Positions 24,951 through 38,171 of a DNA stretch of 64,000 bases are shown one piece after another. Numbering within the stretch: position 1 is the stretch's first letter; each line of letters starts with the position of its first letter. The notes beneath the pieces are model-generated. The model had not been told where the DNA came from. It did no database searches and saw only the letters and a program-made list of their open reading frames with translations. Origin of the DNA: Lama glama (lineage: Eukaryota). A program made the position numbers and the translations under genes. Location of the stretch: assembly GCA_028534125.1 (NCBI GenBank), contig CM052818.1, positions 42,410,001 through 42,474,000 on the forward strand, given 5' to 3'.

Positions 24951-26395
24951 TGGAATGTTACTGGAGCGAAAGGGAGGCTAAAATAACTTCCTTACGGTGA
25001 TCCAGTATAGGTGCCCTCTTTCTTTTTTGAAACTATTATTTCCATTTTTTTCTTTTTATTTCAAAAAGAAAAATAAAGTAGATTGGAATGGGTAATTCTA
25101 GCTGCTTAAGACAGCGCCAGGCTTCTGTGGTCGGTAGCACCAGAGTTTTAGTGCCTTAAGGTAGAATTTATTCAAAAACAAGAAAAATGAAGACAAACTG
25201 AGGCTTAACAAATCAGTCCAGCATCTGAGCAACGTGGGGACGATGCCAGGCCCTGTGAGGTGCAGAGCAGGACTCAGGCTGGCCTTGGAGCCCCTGAAGC
25301 GGGCGACTTAGTGTGTGGAGAGGAGTGGTCTTGGCTGCCTGTGACCTGGGCAGTCCCCTTCCCTGACCCTCAGGCTCCTCTTCTTTAAAGTGCAGTTGTT
25401 GGGATGGGTCCTTTAAAAGGCCGTCTCTTGCTTTCTGTGTTCTTTCATTTTCTGTTGTGTCCCAAATATGCACAGCATAATTGTCTATACAGTGTTTTCC
25501 TTGCACTTGACAGTTATTAAGTGTACTCTGGCCATTCTGTGCATCTTGCGAAGAGCTAGAATCAGATAGAAAAGTCAGAAAAAGGAAATAACATGAAGTC
25601 AGCCATTCCATTTTCCCAGCATTTGACCACAAGAAGCTAAACCAACATTTCCCTCCATGCCTCTCCCTGGCCGCTGCCCAGGCTCGGTGGAGGTCAGCGA
25701 CCTCTGACTCTGCCTCTCCTTAGGGAGCCTCTGAGCCGGCCGGGGCCACAGGAGAAACGTCGTATTTCACTCTCGTGACTTGAGCCTTAGGCTTTGTCAG
25801 CGGGGAGAGTAAACAGAGCGCTTTTGAAGGGTGGACACCCGCCCTGTCCCTGCCCCGGGACACGGCCAGCTGTCCAGAAGGCTGGGCTTCCCCCATCCAG
25901 TGGGAAACCAATTTGAAGGATGTCATTGCTCTGGAGAGAAACAAACAGAAGAGGGGAATCAGGAGCAGCAGCCGCTGGCGTTGACTGAACCCCCGTCTCT
26001 TCCTCGAGCCGGAAAAATCCATCACTCCCTTTCCAGGAGTCTTTCAGACCCCCAAAGGAAGGGTTAGTGAGTAAACAAAGAATGATAAAGGTGTCTGAGC
26101 CTTGAAGACTTATTCAGGGCAACAAAGAAAGTACTCGCCTGCAGTGCTTGTGTTCTGAGCCTTTTTTCCGTGTCTTTTATCAAACATTTGCCCACAGCAT
26201 CCTGACCCACTCTGTCCCCTCCTGGAGGGTTAGGTGGAAGGAGCCTTTAATGTTAAGAGTGTACAAAAATAACAACATGCATGGTAGCTTCCGTGTGTTT
26301 GGGGGGGGGCGTGTGTGTGCGCACACGGGCATGTCTGGAGACAGCAGTGTACAGTGAAATGATGCGAACTTTGGGGTTGCTCATTCATTCACATA

Positions 26396-26895
26396 NNNNN
26401 NNNNNNNNNNNNNNNNNNNNNNNNNNNNNNNNNNNNNNNNNNNNNNNNNNNNNNNNNNNNNNNNNNNNNNNNNNNNNNNNNNNNNNNNNNNNNNNNNNNN
26501 NNNNNNNNNNNNNNNNNNNNNNNNNNNNNNNNNNNNNNNNNNNNNNNNNNNNNNNNNNNNNNNNNNNNNNNNNNNNNNNNNNNNNNNNNNNNNNNNNNNN
26601 NNNNNNNNNNNNNNNNNNNNNNNNNNNNNNNNNNNNNNNNNNNNNNNNNNNNNNNNNNNNNNNNNNNNNNNNNNNNNNNNNNNNNNNNNNNNNNNNNNNN
26701 NNNNNNNNNNNNNNNNNNNNNNNNNNNNNNNNNNNNNNNNNNNNNNNNNNNNNNNNNNNNNNNNNNNNNNNNNNNNNNNNNNNNNNNNNNNNNNNNNNNN
26801 NNNNNNNNNNNNNNNNNNNNNNNNNNNNNNNNNNNNNNNNNNNNNNNNNNNNNNNNNNNNNNNNNNNNNNNNNNNNNNNNNNNNNNNNNNNNNNN
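26396..26895. other. Assembly gap (500 N)
   Basis: Exactly 500 N; the round size suggests a placeholder. Right flank is a (CAT)n repeat. Confidence 0.99.
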
Positions 26896-26962
26896 TCATC
26901 ATCATATCATCATCATCGTCATCACCACGATATCACCATCACCATCATCACCATCATCATCA
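26896..26962 (+). repeat. (CAT/CAC)n trinucleotide repeat, truncated by the gap
   Basis: tcatcatcatatcatcatcatcgtcatcaccacgatatcaccatcacc... Confidence 0.9.
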
Positions 26963-28825
26963 GCTTCACCTCATTTCTGCTCCTGTGGGTGTAGCTACAG
27001 AGTCCTCTGACAAGAAAAGTTTTTTGTAATCTTTGGAGGAGACTTATTGGCACAATAGCTCACTCCCTGACTTCTGACCAGTTGTCTGTCTTAGGATTGA
27101 GTTCCTTGTCCAAACTTTCAGCAGCACCTGTAATTGAGAAATGGCTTGCGTAAGTCTCAGAAATGCTTCTGAGGAAAGGGCTCAGCACATTTCTCCCAAA
27201 TGAGGTAACATCTGTCCAGACTGACCCACGAGGCCAAAGGGCCTTCCTAGAGCCCTGACGGCACCAGCAGCACCAGGCGGCATTAACCAAGCCACTGCCA
27301 GGAAGGATGCCTCCTAGCAACCTGGGTTTTCTCTAACCTTAGAGCAAACTTCCATCATTTCAGGTGACTGAAAACATAGTGAGAGGTATTCTTAGGTGGC
27401 GGAGTCCGTTTTAGTGGAATCCATTCAGAGATGTTTTTCTGCAAATTGTAGAATTAGAGGACTTAGACATCAGGATGGCATCCTGACCACATAAATTAAT
27501 AAACTGGGGCCCAGATGCTGGGACAGCTGTGAGTTGTGGTTCTCCACATCCCAGAAGACCCACCCTGAGATGCTCATGAGGAAGGGGGGTCCCTCGCACG
27601 TTGTTCTGAGCTGACTCATGTTCTTGCTATCAGACACCAAATTTCCGAGGTTTGAGCAGTTTCTATGGGGAAGGAAAAAGCAAAGAAATAAAGTACTCCA
27701 GATGCATGTCAATTGCATACATACTCTAGAAGGCTGCGCTGGGTTTTAGAACGTTGTGTTGGTATTTAGCTGTTCACCATAAATGTTACATAAAGCAGTA
27801 AGATACTGTTATCTTTCTTATTGTAAAAATAAAAGTTGCCCCAAACCTTTTTCTTTGAGAACAAAAGAAGGAAGGGCTTCTCTGGCCCTCACACTCAGAT
27901 TTCATGGCCTTGTTTGCCTGGAAAATGTACCCCAGGGTGAGCAGATTGGAGCTGAGCCTTGGGGGTCAGATGGCCTAGGCCTGAAGGCCAGGAGCCCTTT
28001 GGGCAACCCACTTCCTCCCTCTGAGACTCACTTTCTCATGCACAGTAGGACTAACAATGCCTTTCCAGATACTAGCAGTTCAACAAGATAATGCTATTGT
28101 GTATCAGCCACCCCGTGCCCTGCCTCTCTGCCATGGGACTCCCTTCTCTAACAATGGTGCTGGGCCCCTGCTTCAGCTGCGGAAAATTTCCCCCAAACAT
28201 ATACCCCAGCTTTAAATGCAGTCACTCATTCAATCCTCATGACAACCTTATAAGGAAATGAGGTACAGAGAGGGTAAGTCATTCACTCAAGAACACACAG
28301 CTAGTAAGTAATGGAACCAGGATGCAATCTTAGGTAGCCCAACTTGGAACCTAGCCCTTGGCCACGATGCTGTGTTCATGCCAGTCCTCATGGCTCCTCA
28401 GGTCCTCTGCTGAGGAACCTGGACGAATTGGGGGGGGGGCATTTGAATGACACTACCCTGTATTTTCCCTCCCCCTCATTCACGAACTGATAATACCAGT
28501 GCAGATGGGGGTTGGGAAATGATCTTTGAGTCTTTGCACCTGCCTGCTGATGCCCCAGCCTTCTAAACGGTGGGGTGCACTTCGTCTCTGTTCAACAGCT
28601 CTGACACTGAAATGAACAGGCTCCCTACTTCTCAGCAGACCTCGGGGCCTTCACTCACACCTTCCCGACTATTTCAGGGTTCCCGGAAGGTACGGGAGGT
28701 TTGACTACCATCAACATTCTCTGTGGACAGTTACCGTGGCAGCACCCAGCTTACTGAAACGAGGGCAAGGCAAGGACTTCCCAAGTGTTAATCCCCACCT
28801 TCCCACCTCGAAGACCCGTGGGCCC

Positions 28826-28945
28826 CGTGGTTATGTCATGGCCGCACATTAGAATCACCTGAGCAGGAGTGAAAATACCGGAGCCGAGTCCCCCACCCCC
28901 CCTCCCTGACCAATTAAATTAGACTCTCCAGGGGCGAGGCCCCCG
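28826..28945. mobile_element. MER5A-like hAT-Charlie MITE fragment
   Basis: gcacattagaatcacctg...ccaattaaattagactctccagggg. Confidence 0.6.
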
Positions 28946-31898
28946 TGGTGTGAAACCACAGCCAGTGGAAGGAGCAGGATTCCCTTTAGGTCACTGGCTT
29001 CTCATCTCTCTGGCCCCCTCTCTCCATGCCATTCCCACTGCGGAAGCGTCCGGCTGGGCCACAGGAGGCTGGCCTGCCAAAGCCGGTGCTCTTCCCCCCC
29101 CCCCCCTGCCAGGAGCCGGCTCTCCAAGGAGGGAGCAACTGACAAAGGGGATGAAAGGGCCATCACGGATTTAACCTGCAGCGAAATCTGGACCTGGGGT
29201 TGTGGTTCCCAGTCAGCCCCGTCCCTGTGTCTGCTGAGCTTCCTCCTCCCCTTGGCAACTGGGTCTTACCTTTTTGGAAGGAGAGCTCATTATGATCAGT
29301 GTAGCAGGCGAGCATTCAAATGCAGGTTTGCCCTGTTGTTTGGAGGGAGGCTGCGGTTTTTCTCCAGTTAACTGTGAACGCAGCAGCTCCCTCCTCGTTT
29401 AGCTCCAAGAGCTGGGGCCTTAGTGTCTCCTCCTTATCTCTTCCCAATAACTCCAAACTCATAAAGCGAAGATGGCTTAGAAGATGTGAACGTCGGCAAA
29501 TAGGCTACCGGCCGTGCCCGGGCTTGCGAGGAAGAGGAGCCTCTTGTTCGAGGATCCGTGCGCGGGGCTCTCTCTCCACCGGCAGGGGGAGCTGTGAGAC
29601 GCGGGGCTTGGAAGGAGCCGAGTCCTGACCCGAGACTCACGTGGCCGACTCGAGAGCTGTGATCTCCAGATTGCTCACAGCTGGGAGCTGGGGCGACCTG
29701 CATCAAACCCTTAGGGGTAAAACGAAGAGCAGCTCGGACTCGGACGCTGGCGTTAAAAACTCCCGGAGTGTGAGGGTCCCCTCCCCAGGGGCTGTCAGGG
29801 TGCTGCACAGGACGCCGGTTTCAGAAACGAGAGCCCTGGACAAAGGTCAGCCGGTGAGAGGAGCCGTAGGGTGTGTGATTCCGACGGCCCTGGAGGGGCT
29901 GTAGAGGTGGGGGGACCCCGATGCTTAACTAGCCAGCCAGCAGGAGGGGGACCCCCACTGTCCTGCAGGGAACCCTCCGCCTGGGGACGGGACTGGCGTT
30001 GTCCTGACCAGCGCCATGCCTGCTGCCGAGGCAGCGAGCTTACGGGAAAGCCCCGGGCTGAGTCAGGGAACTGGGTTTGAAAACCCGCCTGGCGAGTGTA
30101 TGATGTTGGCAGCCTCCCTTCTTGGCTTTTTCTATGTCTGTTTCCTGTCTGCAGGGCTCCACTGTTGTGAGGCTCCAGTTCAGTCGGGAGGTGGGGGGTG
30201 CTTCCAGGGGCCTGGGGGAGGGGAGGGGTGTCAGGATGAGGGCCCTGGCTCGAGCAGAGGAGAGCTGTGCAGAAGGTCGTCTGTACAGCCATGCCTGCCT
30301 CCGTCGTCCCCGTGTCCAAGTTAGTCCTCGCTGCTTCTTGTGTCTTCCCAGGAGATGGGAGGAGGTCTCCTCCTGTCATTTGGTCAATTTGCTTGGAGCC
30401 CATTTTTAACAACTCCTTTGCTTTAACGGGAAGACATTTTGCTCTTTGCTGGTACTAGCAATACAAACAATAAAAGGACCAGTGTATTGAGCACCTGTAT
30501 GTGTGCAAGTTTCATGTATGTCAACAGTTATCCACAAGCCACTCCAACAAGGAAAGCAGATATGACTCCTCATTTATATTTGAGAAAACCAGCTCAGAGA
30601 GTGAGTTGACTTGCCCGAGGTCTCCCTATAAGGGAGGGTCAGGATTTGAACTCCCATCAACATGATTCCAAAGCCCAGCTTTTGCAGGTCGCCATACTCC
30701 TGGAGAATTCCGGCTTTCTGCGTCCTGCTCACAGTCGCAATGGCGGTGCACTTTGATAAAGGGGGTGGACCACGGCCAGAGGGTCAGTAACCATTGTCCC
30801 CTTGGGTTAAAGAGATGACCCAGAATGTATTCAAGCTCCGTCAGGTGAAGAAGGAGGTCTCTGAACCCTTTCGTGTTAACCTCTTATTAAAGTGGTTTTG
30901 TCACCCCGCCCTAGAGAAGGGATGCCCCCATTTAGAAAAAAGACCTCATTCCAGGTAACCCCACACTGCTTTCCCCACACTCCACTTCCATCCAAGTTCA
31001 GTCACTGTGCCACCGTTTCTCTCTCAAGCTCTCCCTGGTTAGCAGATGGGAAAGGATCGGTCCCCCTGTGAGGGAGCAGGAGATCAGAGGCCTGGGGACG
31101 GCAGGGACCTTGCAGGTAGGTCGCGTGGTCCAGCCTCCCACCCGCTTCCACTGGGACTCTGCTCCAGGGCCTCGCATCTCGGCCTGGAGGATGTCTCACA
31201 AAGCAGCTTGTCCCTGGGCCGACAGGTTTAGTTGTTTGAAAGTTCCGTGAGCTGTGACTTACCTCCCCGCCGTGGTGCCTCCTGACCCTGCCGCTGTGGT
31301 CCACAGGCGTGCCCGAGCGTTTCCGGTTTGCAGGGAATCCTGCAGTGATGCTCACCTGGACATCACTGAGCCTGCCCTTTCATCGCCTTCGCCTACAAGG
31401 CTGGGTCAAGTCCCCGAATGCTTCTTCAAGTGGCCTCTCTACCCCAGCGGACATGCAGGCCCCCTCTTCACCCGGTTCCCACCCTGCTCTCCCTGGTCTC
31501 CTTACTTCCAGTCCCTGCCCCTTCCCTGCGACCACCAAAACCATCTTTCTAAAACAGGTGTCTAACCTTGTCCTCCCTCAACTTACAGCCCCCCCCCCGC
31601 AGCTCTCAGGGTCTACAAGAGAAGCCTCTTCACCCGATAAGCAAAGCCTTTTACATCATGTTTGGATTGGTGGCTATTTTTAATGAAACTTGCAACATCC
31701 TTTATAGGTATAGCTTCACAATCACCTTGCTGCTAGATATGATTTTTTAATGTGTTCTGTAGAGCACGGCGAGGCTCGGAGATTAAACAATGTCCGCAAA
31801 TCACACAGTCAGTAGGTGGCAGAACTAAGATCTGAACCTTGTGGTCTCAGAGGCTCAAACCTCTACTCTGTTCCATGTCCCCAAGCGGTGTGTGTGTG

Positions 31899-32282
31899 TT
31901 TTAATTGCGGTAAAAAAACATGTATCATAAAGTTTGCCATTTTAACCATTTTGAAGAGCGCAGTTCAGCAGTGCTAAGGACACTCACATAGCTGAGTGAC
32001 CCGTCTCCAGAACGTTTTCATCTTGCAGAACTGAAAATCTACACCCACTAAAGATCTCCCCATTTCCCTGCTCCCATTCCCTGGCAACCGCCGTCCTCCT
32101 TTCTGTCTCTACAGCTTTGACTCTTCTAGGAGCCTCATGAGTGGAATCACACACTGTTGGTCTCTCAGTGACGGGTTTATTTTGTGCAGTGTCATATACC
32201 CAAGGTTCATCCACATTGTGGCACACTTCAGAATTTCCCTCCATTTTTAGGCTGAATAATATTTCATTGTATGCATAGACAT
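31899..32282 (-). mobile_element. L1MB-like 3' end fragment
   Basis: tttgccattttaaccattttgaag...ctccagaacgttttcatcttgc...aaggttcatcca...ggctgaataatatttcattgtatg. Confidence 0.85.
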
Positions 32283-35011
32283 ACAATGAACAGGTGTTCT
32301 GTTGTTTGTGCTTTTTCTGAGCAGCAGTCAGCATCGTGGCATCTTGTTCACCATCTTCCTTCCAAGTGGAGGGACTGTTCATGATAAGCAATGCAGGGAT
32401 GCTCTGGGCTCTGGATGGCAGATGCCCCAGCAAAGAAACTGAGCTGGATTACACCCAAGAAACTGAGCTGAGCTGGGGCAATCGTAGGACTCCAGCCCCA
32501 GGAGTTCCCACCACAAGTGGAATCCGGGAGTCCATCCTACGGAGTGGCCGCTGCTCCTGTTCAAGCATCCTTGGCAGACAGGTGACCTGTGCCCTTCCCT
32601 GGTTTGAGTCCTGGGGGGCAAGCCCCTCCTTTGTAAGTCCTTGTTTATTATAGTAAATGCCTGGGGTGGGGCTGGAGCTTGGGCACCTCTGCTCATCCTG
32701 CCAAAACTCCATCTTCCCTGGAACAGCACACCATGTCCTTCCATTCTGACAACAGCTCTGTGAGGTTGGTCATATTAGTCCCCAACTTTCAGTGGGGGAA
32801 ACTGAGGCACAGAGAGAGACATTACCCAGCCTGTGAGTGGCAGAGCTCTCCACACCTAAATCTACCTCCTAGTTCCCCAGGGGCCATGATGTCGCTGGTG
32901 CTCCCTGTAGGGGAATAGGCAGCCTGCCAGGTATTCTCAGGGTGTGGAAAGGTCCCCCCCACCCTGCCCCCACGCCTGATTTCCTCCCTCCTGGTTCCTG
33001 ATGCCTCTTCTGAGCCTCTTCCAAGGGGTGGAGGCGCTCAGTTTCCAGGAGCAGCGAGAGGAGAGGTCCCTGGAGAGAAGGGCACAATGGTTGCCGCCGC
33101 ACCAGACTGGGGCTCACAGCCTCAGACGGTGTGCAAGGTGGGAGAAACGTGGGTGCTGTTGATAGAGGACCGCTCAGAACGAAGCGAGGGGCAGCGGTTT
33201 CCTCTCAGAAAGGGCAGGGAACCCCAGGTCTAAGGACTTGGACGCCTACGCAAGTCCCTCATTTTTCACCAGCCATCACTGAGTCCTCTGCCTGTTCGTC
33301 ACCCCCCGCCCCCGTCACCAGCTCCCACATATGGGCCTTCGCCACGTGGCAGGTCCGTGGGCTTAATCTTAGTGACTGGGCCACCCAAGATGAGAGGGGC
33401 CTTCCCCGCCTCCTCCAAGGACAGCTGGATCCTGGGGACAGACTCCACTGGGTCAGCGCTGCAGCAAGCAGGCTCTGTTCCGGCAGGCAGGCGCAGGAGG
33501 GGGGTCGGGAGCTGGGGCCTGGCAGCGGCCCTAACGTAAATGTCCTTCAGACAGTGGCAGGGAACAGGTATCTGAAAGTCTGGAGAGGCGGCTTGGTTGG
33601 GAAGTCTGTACAGCAGAGACATGGTGTCCTGAAGTGGGGATGTTTGCTGAGCGGTGCAGAGGGACAAGCAGATCCGAGGAGCAGTCCCCCGTCGGGGTTT
33701 ACCGGCTGTGAAACCCCAGGCAAGGGCCCTTGTGTGTCTGCTGCTGCCTCCCTCACCCCGTGGTGACCTCTCTCACTTTGAGACTGGATGAAAGGGAGAG
33801 AAAAGCAGCCCCACCCCCTTGGCCTTGTCATTCCTTCCCGGAGCACCTGCAGGAGTTGCCATGGCGACGGGATCTGCCGCCCTGCTCTCCTCCGCCCCAG
33901 GCTTATTAGCTGGCTGTGAACCGCGGTGCTGAGAGTGGTGGGGGCCAGAGTTTGCCAGAACAAGGGTAATTGCTGTAGAAGTTCAGGACCCCCGGTCCCG
34001 GTGGTGGCCTGGGGCTGGTCTATCCCAAGGCACGGAGGTTACCGGGATCAGCGCTGTTGCTCGGGCCCCTCAGCTCACAGGATGACCTCACAGGGCGGGT
34101 GCAGAAGGTCCTGGCAGGCTCCTGGCTTCCCGCGGGCACCGTCCCCGCCGCCCGGGTGTGCAGAGTGGCTGTGCACCAGGAGTGGGGACATTTCTGTTCT
34201 TCCTCCTCACTTCTCCACAGTTGACAAGGCACGTCCCCAGCCTTGGATTCTCAGAACAACACTGCGAGGTAAATACCGTCATCCTCAATTTACAGATGAG
34301 GAAACAGGTGAAGACAGGTTAAGTGATGTGCCCAGCGCAGCCCGGGATGTGAGCCTCAAAGCCTGCAGTAGAACCTGGGTATTTTCCAACCAAATCCACT
34401 CCTCTTTCCATTACATTTCTGTCCTCCGCCTTCCTCAGTTCTCATGCCTGCACTTGGGCCTATCCGACCCTTGCAGACCTGCCCTTACCTGGAGGGGCAT
34501 CTACGAAATGTTTAGATAGTCCTGCTTCTGGTGGAAAGAAAGGGCACCCATGCTTCTTGGGTGTCCAGTTAGTATCAACAGAGCCGTGGGAGGGCACTTC
34601 GGGGCGTTGAGGAGGTGGTCCAGGAAGCAGGGCAGGTGAGGGGGTCACGCTGTGGAGATGCGCAGAACAGGCACTGGGAGCTGCAGGCTCGGAGCCTGGG
34701 TCTGAGTGGGAGGGTTTGTCTGGTTTAGAGGGTCGGGAACGAGCCCTCCACTGGAGGTGTGCTACAATTCTACACTCTGTGCTTGTGGGTAGGATATTTT
34801 TCAGTTAATAGATTAAGCAAAGTCACCTAGTGGGCCTGGGGCCAGTGCTGATTTGGACGTGGAATTCATCTCTCATTACCACTTGATCCCGGGTTAACGG
34901 CCATGGGAAATACGGAGCTGAACGGGAGGTAACGTTGCCCTCAGACAGCTTACATTCAAAGGAAGAAAGATGTCTTACGAAGTTATTTCCTAGGATGGGC
35001 ACAAATTGCAC

Positions 35012-35230
35012 AAAGTGCTTAACTTGGGGATCTACTGACCCCTAGGGTTGCATGGATGGGCTTCAGGGGGTCTGAGAGACCCCTGAAATTGCATGCAAAA
35101 TTGTTCAGCGTGTGTGTGTGTGTAAGACTGGGGGAGGATGCCCATGGCTTTCTCTGTATTCTCAAAAATCCAGAAGGGTCAGGAAGCACTGAATCAGAAC
35201 CTTCTTGAGGGTGACAAGTCACTGGATTCT
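35012..35230. mobile_element. hAT-Charlie-type MITE fragment
   Basis: ccctagggttgcatggatgggcttcagggggtc...cccctgaaattgcatgcaaaatt...ccatggcttt resembles recalled Charlie MITEs. Confidence 0.5.
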
Positions 35231-37653
35231 AGACACGTAGCATTAGAAATTATGTTCTGCAGAGTTTGTGCCCAGCACAGAAAGATGGCCACAGCAGTCT
35301 ATGGACTTGAACTCAATTCCACGGGCAACGTTAGCATCACACACGGGCAACCACATCCCCTGTGCCTGGTGACCTGTCCCCCTGCCCTGTTGGAGAGCCC
35401 CCATCCCCCACCCGCTTTAGGAAGAGGCCTGGGGAGGAGGATGCCGGCCCCCCCACAGTTCCTCCCCTGGTCCCAGTGCAAACAGTGACACCTTTCTCCA
35501 CACTGCTGCCCCCCCCCCCACGGAGAACAGCCTTCTCTTACCTGGCGGGCTCAGCTCAAGGAAACAAAAAGAACTCAGAAGGCAACATATTTCGGGCAGG
35601 AAATGGTTGCTTTTTATGCTTGTCAAGCGTCTAGTGCGATTCAGAATAAAACCTACCACTGTGAAAGAGAATATGAAATAAGAGGAGCTTTTATTACCCT
35701 GGGTTCTGCCTTGTGCGAGCTACTTACCTTTCCATTGTGAAACATCAACCTTCTGTGTGTCTTGGCTCCCAGAAACGCCCGGTGATGAGTTGTTGATTTC
35801 TTCTCATAGACCATCTGGGCAACCGAGCCGGGATCTGGAGGAATGCTTACGCGGTGGAAAGGGAACAGAGAAACGGGCTGAAACTTTTTCAACAGTCAGT
35901 TTTATGCGTGTATGGCAATTACTTCTGCGGGAAGAAGGAAGATTTACTACGTCTAGAAATGCAGAGCCTTGCGAATATCATGCTGTAAAATGCAGCGTCC
36001 GGAACACGGCCTGGCTGGGAGGTGGGTGGCTCTGCTTTCTGGACCCCTGGCAGGGCACCATCTGCTCCTGGATTCAGAAAAGGGGGGTCCACTTCCCCTG
36101 CAAGCCACAGGGAAAAACAGCACCAGGCCCCTGTGGAAGTCAGAGTGTGGAGAGGAAGGCGTCTGCAGCTGCAAGGGCAGTGGTCTTAGAAACTTCCCAC
36201 CGAAGCGGAGGAGATGGGAACAGCATCTCTCTCGCTTGACTTGTGTCCTGGGAGCTCCCCTCTTTCTGGGTGCACGATCTGTCAGGCCTTCTGACAGACG
36301 AGTCCTTGAAGACAAATAGAAGCTCTTGTCGGAGACGCAGGGGAAGGGAAGGGAACTAACGTTTACTGAGTCCCTACTATGTGCCCGTCAAGCTTTTAGA
36401 CGCCCTTGAACTTAAATTTCTTCTGGGAGGTAGGGATTTTTCATCCTTATTTAAGATGGAAAATGGAGTATCAGTGAGAACGAGTTGCTTGCCCAAGGAC
36501 GTTGAATTCGTTAAGTGGCAGAGCCCAAAAGCTAATGTTTTGCTATAGAGTGTTCTAATATTTTAGAAATTTAACTACTCTGCCATGGCAAATTTATAAT
36601 CAATTAGGGCTCTGGAAATGTTCTTCAGAATCACACAGTTCAACCATCTTTTTCATGCAGGGATCCTTTAGAATTAACCGAGCAGTCTCCGCTTACATGT
36701 TCCCCTGGCTCCATCCCTGGATAGACAGGGTCCCTGGAAATTCACCAGATCTGATACCCTCACGGTGTCCATGGCCAGAGTGCTGGAACCCTGGGGAGAT
36801 GGCAGTAATAAACGCAGGGTCAGCTCGGTGACCCACCTTTGGTGGCTTTTAGGTCAGAAGGATCCCGTGTTGGGACAGGGCTGGACCCAGTCTTACTCAC
36901 AGGAGAGACGAAGTTTTGCTCAACAGATTCTCCCTGATTGAATCACGTGAGAAAGCAGAAGGCGCACAGCAAATGAGAACGAAATGCAGCCAGGCTCCCC
37001 AGACACCAGGAAGGGGCTTTTCGGGCTGGAGGTGCCGGCGGGACGCCCAGAAGTCACGGCTGAGAGGCAGCCCCAAACCACGGTGTCTCTACAGCCCCTC
37101 TGAGGGGAAAAGAGGAAACTAACCCTGTCCAGCTACAACGTCCTTCTCGCCACCGAGGCCCCGTGAACAGCCCGGCAAACTTGCTCCAAGCCCAGCTGTG
37201 AGCCTGGGCTACAATGTCATGAAACTCATTTCCATCTGTCACCTTCTTTAGTTAGGTGGGGAATTTCATCATCTGTCTGTGGACCTGAAGACTACCTGGT
37301 ACATCATTTTTCCAACTCGGAATAAACTGGAATAAAAATATGCCAATTTACAAGCTGATTCAGTAGCTGGCCTGGATGCTTTAAAATAATCATTACAGCC
37401 GAACGAGGAGCTTGAGTAACAGTCTGTGCACTGCATGCCAGAGCTGGCGGGGCGCACTCCCCAGCACTTTATTTCTATCCAGGCTTCAGAGTGCCAGCGT
37501 CAAACACTGCCGTCTGTAGGAAATGCTACTAGCCTCAAGAGTCCTTTATTTCCAAGCTCCTAAAATCTTAATGATAACACACATTAGCACAGCATTTTTT
37601 AGCTTATAAAATGCTTTTATGGACATCATCTTGTTTAATTTATGACTTATAAG

Positions 37654-38171
37654 TGTAATAGAAAAGAGCAAATCTGACTCCATATTAGATCTGTCCTTTT
37701 GGCTTTAACCCCGTGCCCTGTTTTCTAGGCTTAGTCTTGCTAGCTCTGCACCTTTTGCAAAAGAATGTTGCCTTTAGCCTGCCTGGTAAACAGGAGAGCC
37801 TGATCTCAAGGCTCTGACCTTTAAGGATATTAACACTTTTGCACTTACATAAAGACAACAAGTTGCAGAATAGAAAGTAACTGTTTTATTAGAGGTTTCA
37901 CAGGGGCACTGTGACCTGACCCAGGTGGACAGCTGCAAGAACAAAGAATTCCTACAGCAAGTTTGCAACAACCAATCACACCTCCTCCCCTTTTTAGTAT
38001 AAAAAGAGCTGTAATTCTGACTTGGGTAAGATGGTTCTCCAAGACGTTAGTCTGCCATCTTCTCGATCTGCTGGCTTTCCGAATAAAGTCGCTATTCCTT
38101 GCACCAACACCTCGTCTCCCAATTTATTGGCCTGTCCTGTGGAGAGCAGAACGAGTTTGGACTTGGTAACA
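37654..38171 (+). mobile_element. ERV1 solo LTR (MER41-like), inserted in a MIR
   Basis: TGTAA...TAACA termini, near-TSD TAAG/TAAT, TATAAAA at about 37998, AATAAA at 38082. MIR-like sequence on both sides. Confidence 0.85.

Noticed and set aside
26281..26994. 237-aa and 174-aa ORFs, including a poly-His stretch
   Set aside because: Artefacts of translating through N and the (CAT)n repeat.
30207..30228. G-quadruplex motif (another at 40694-40717)
   Set aside because: Common in GC-rich mammalian DNA, with no functional context.
33131..34519. 211-aa and 197-aa ORFs
   Set aside because: No recognisable homology; the second runs through a MIR.
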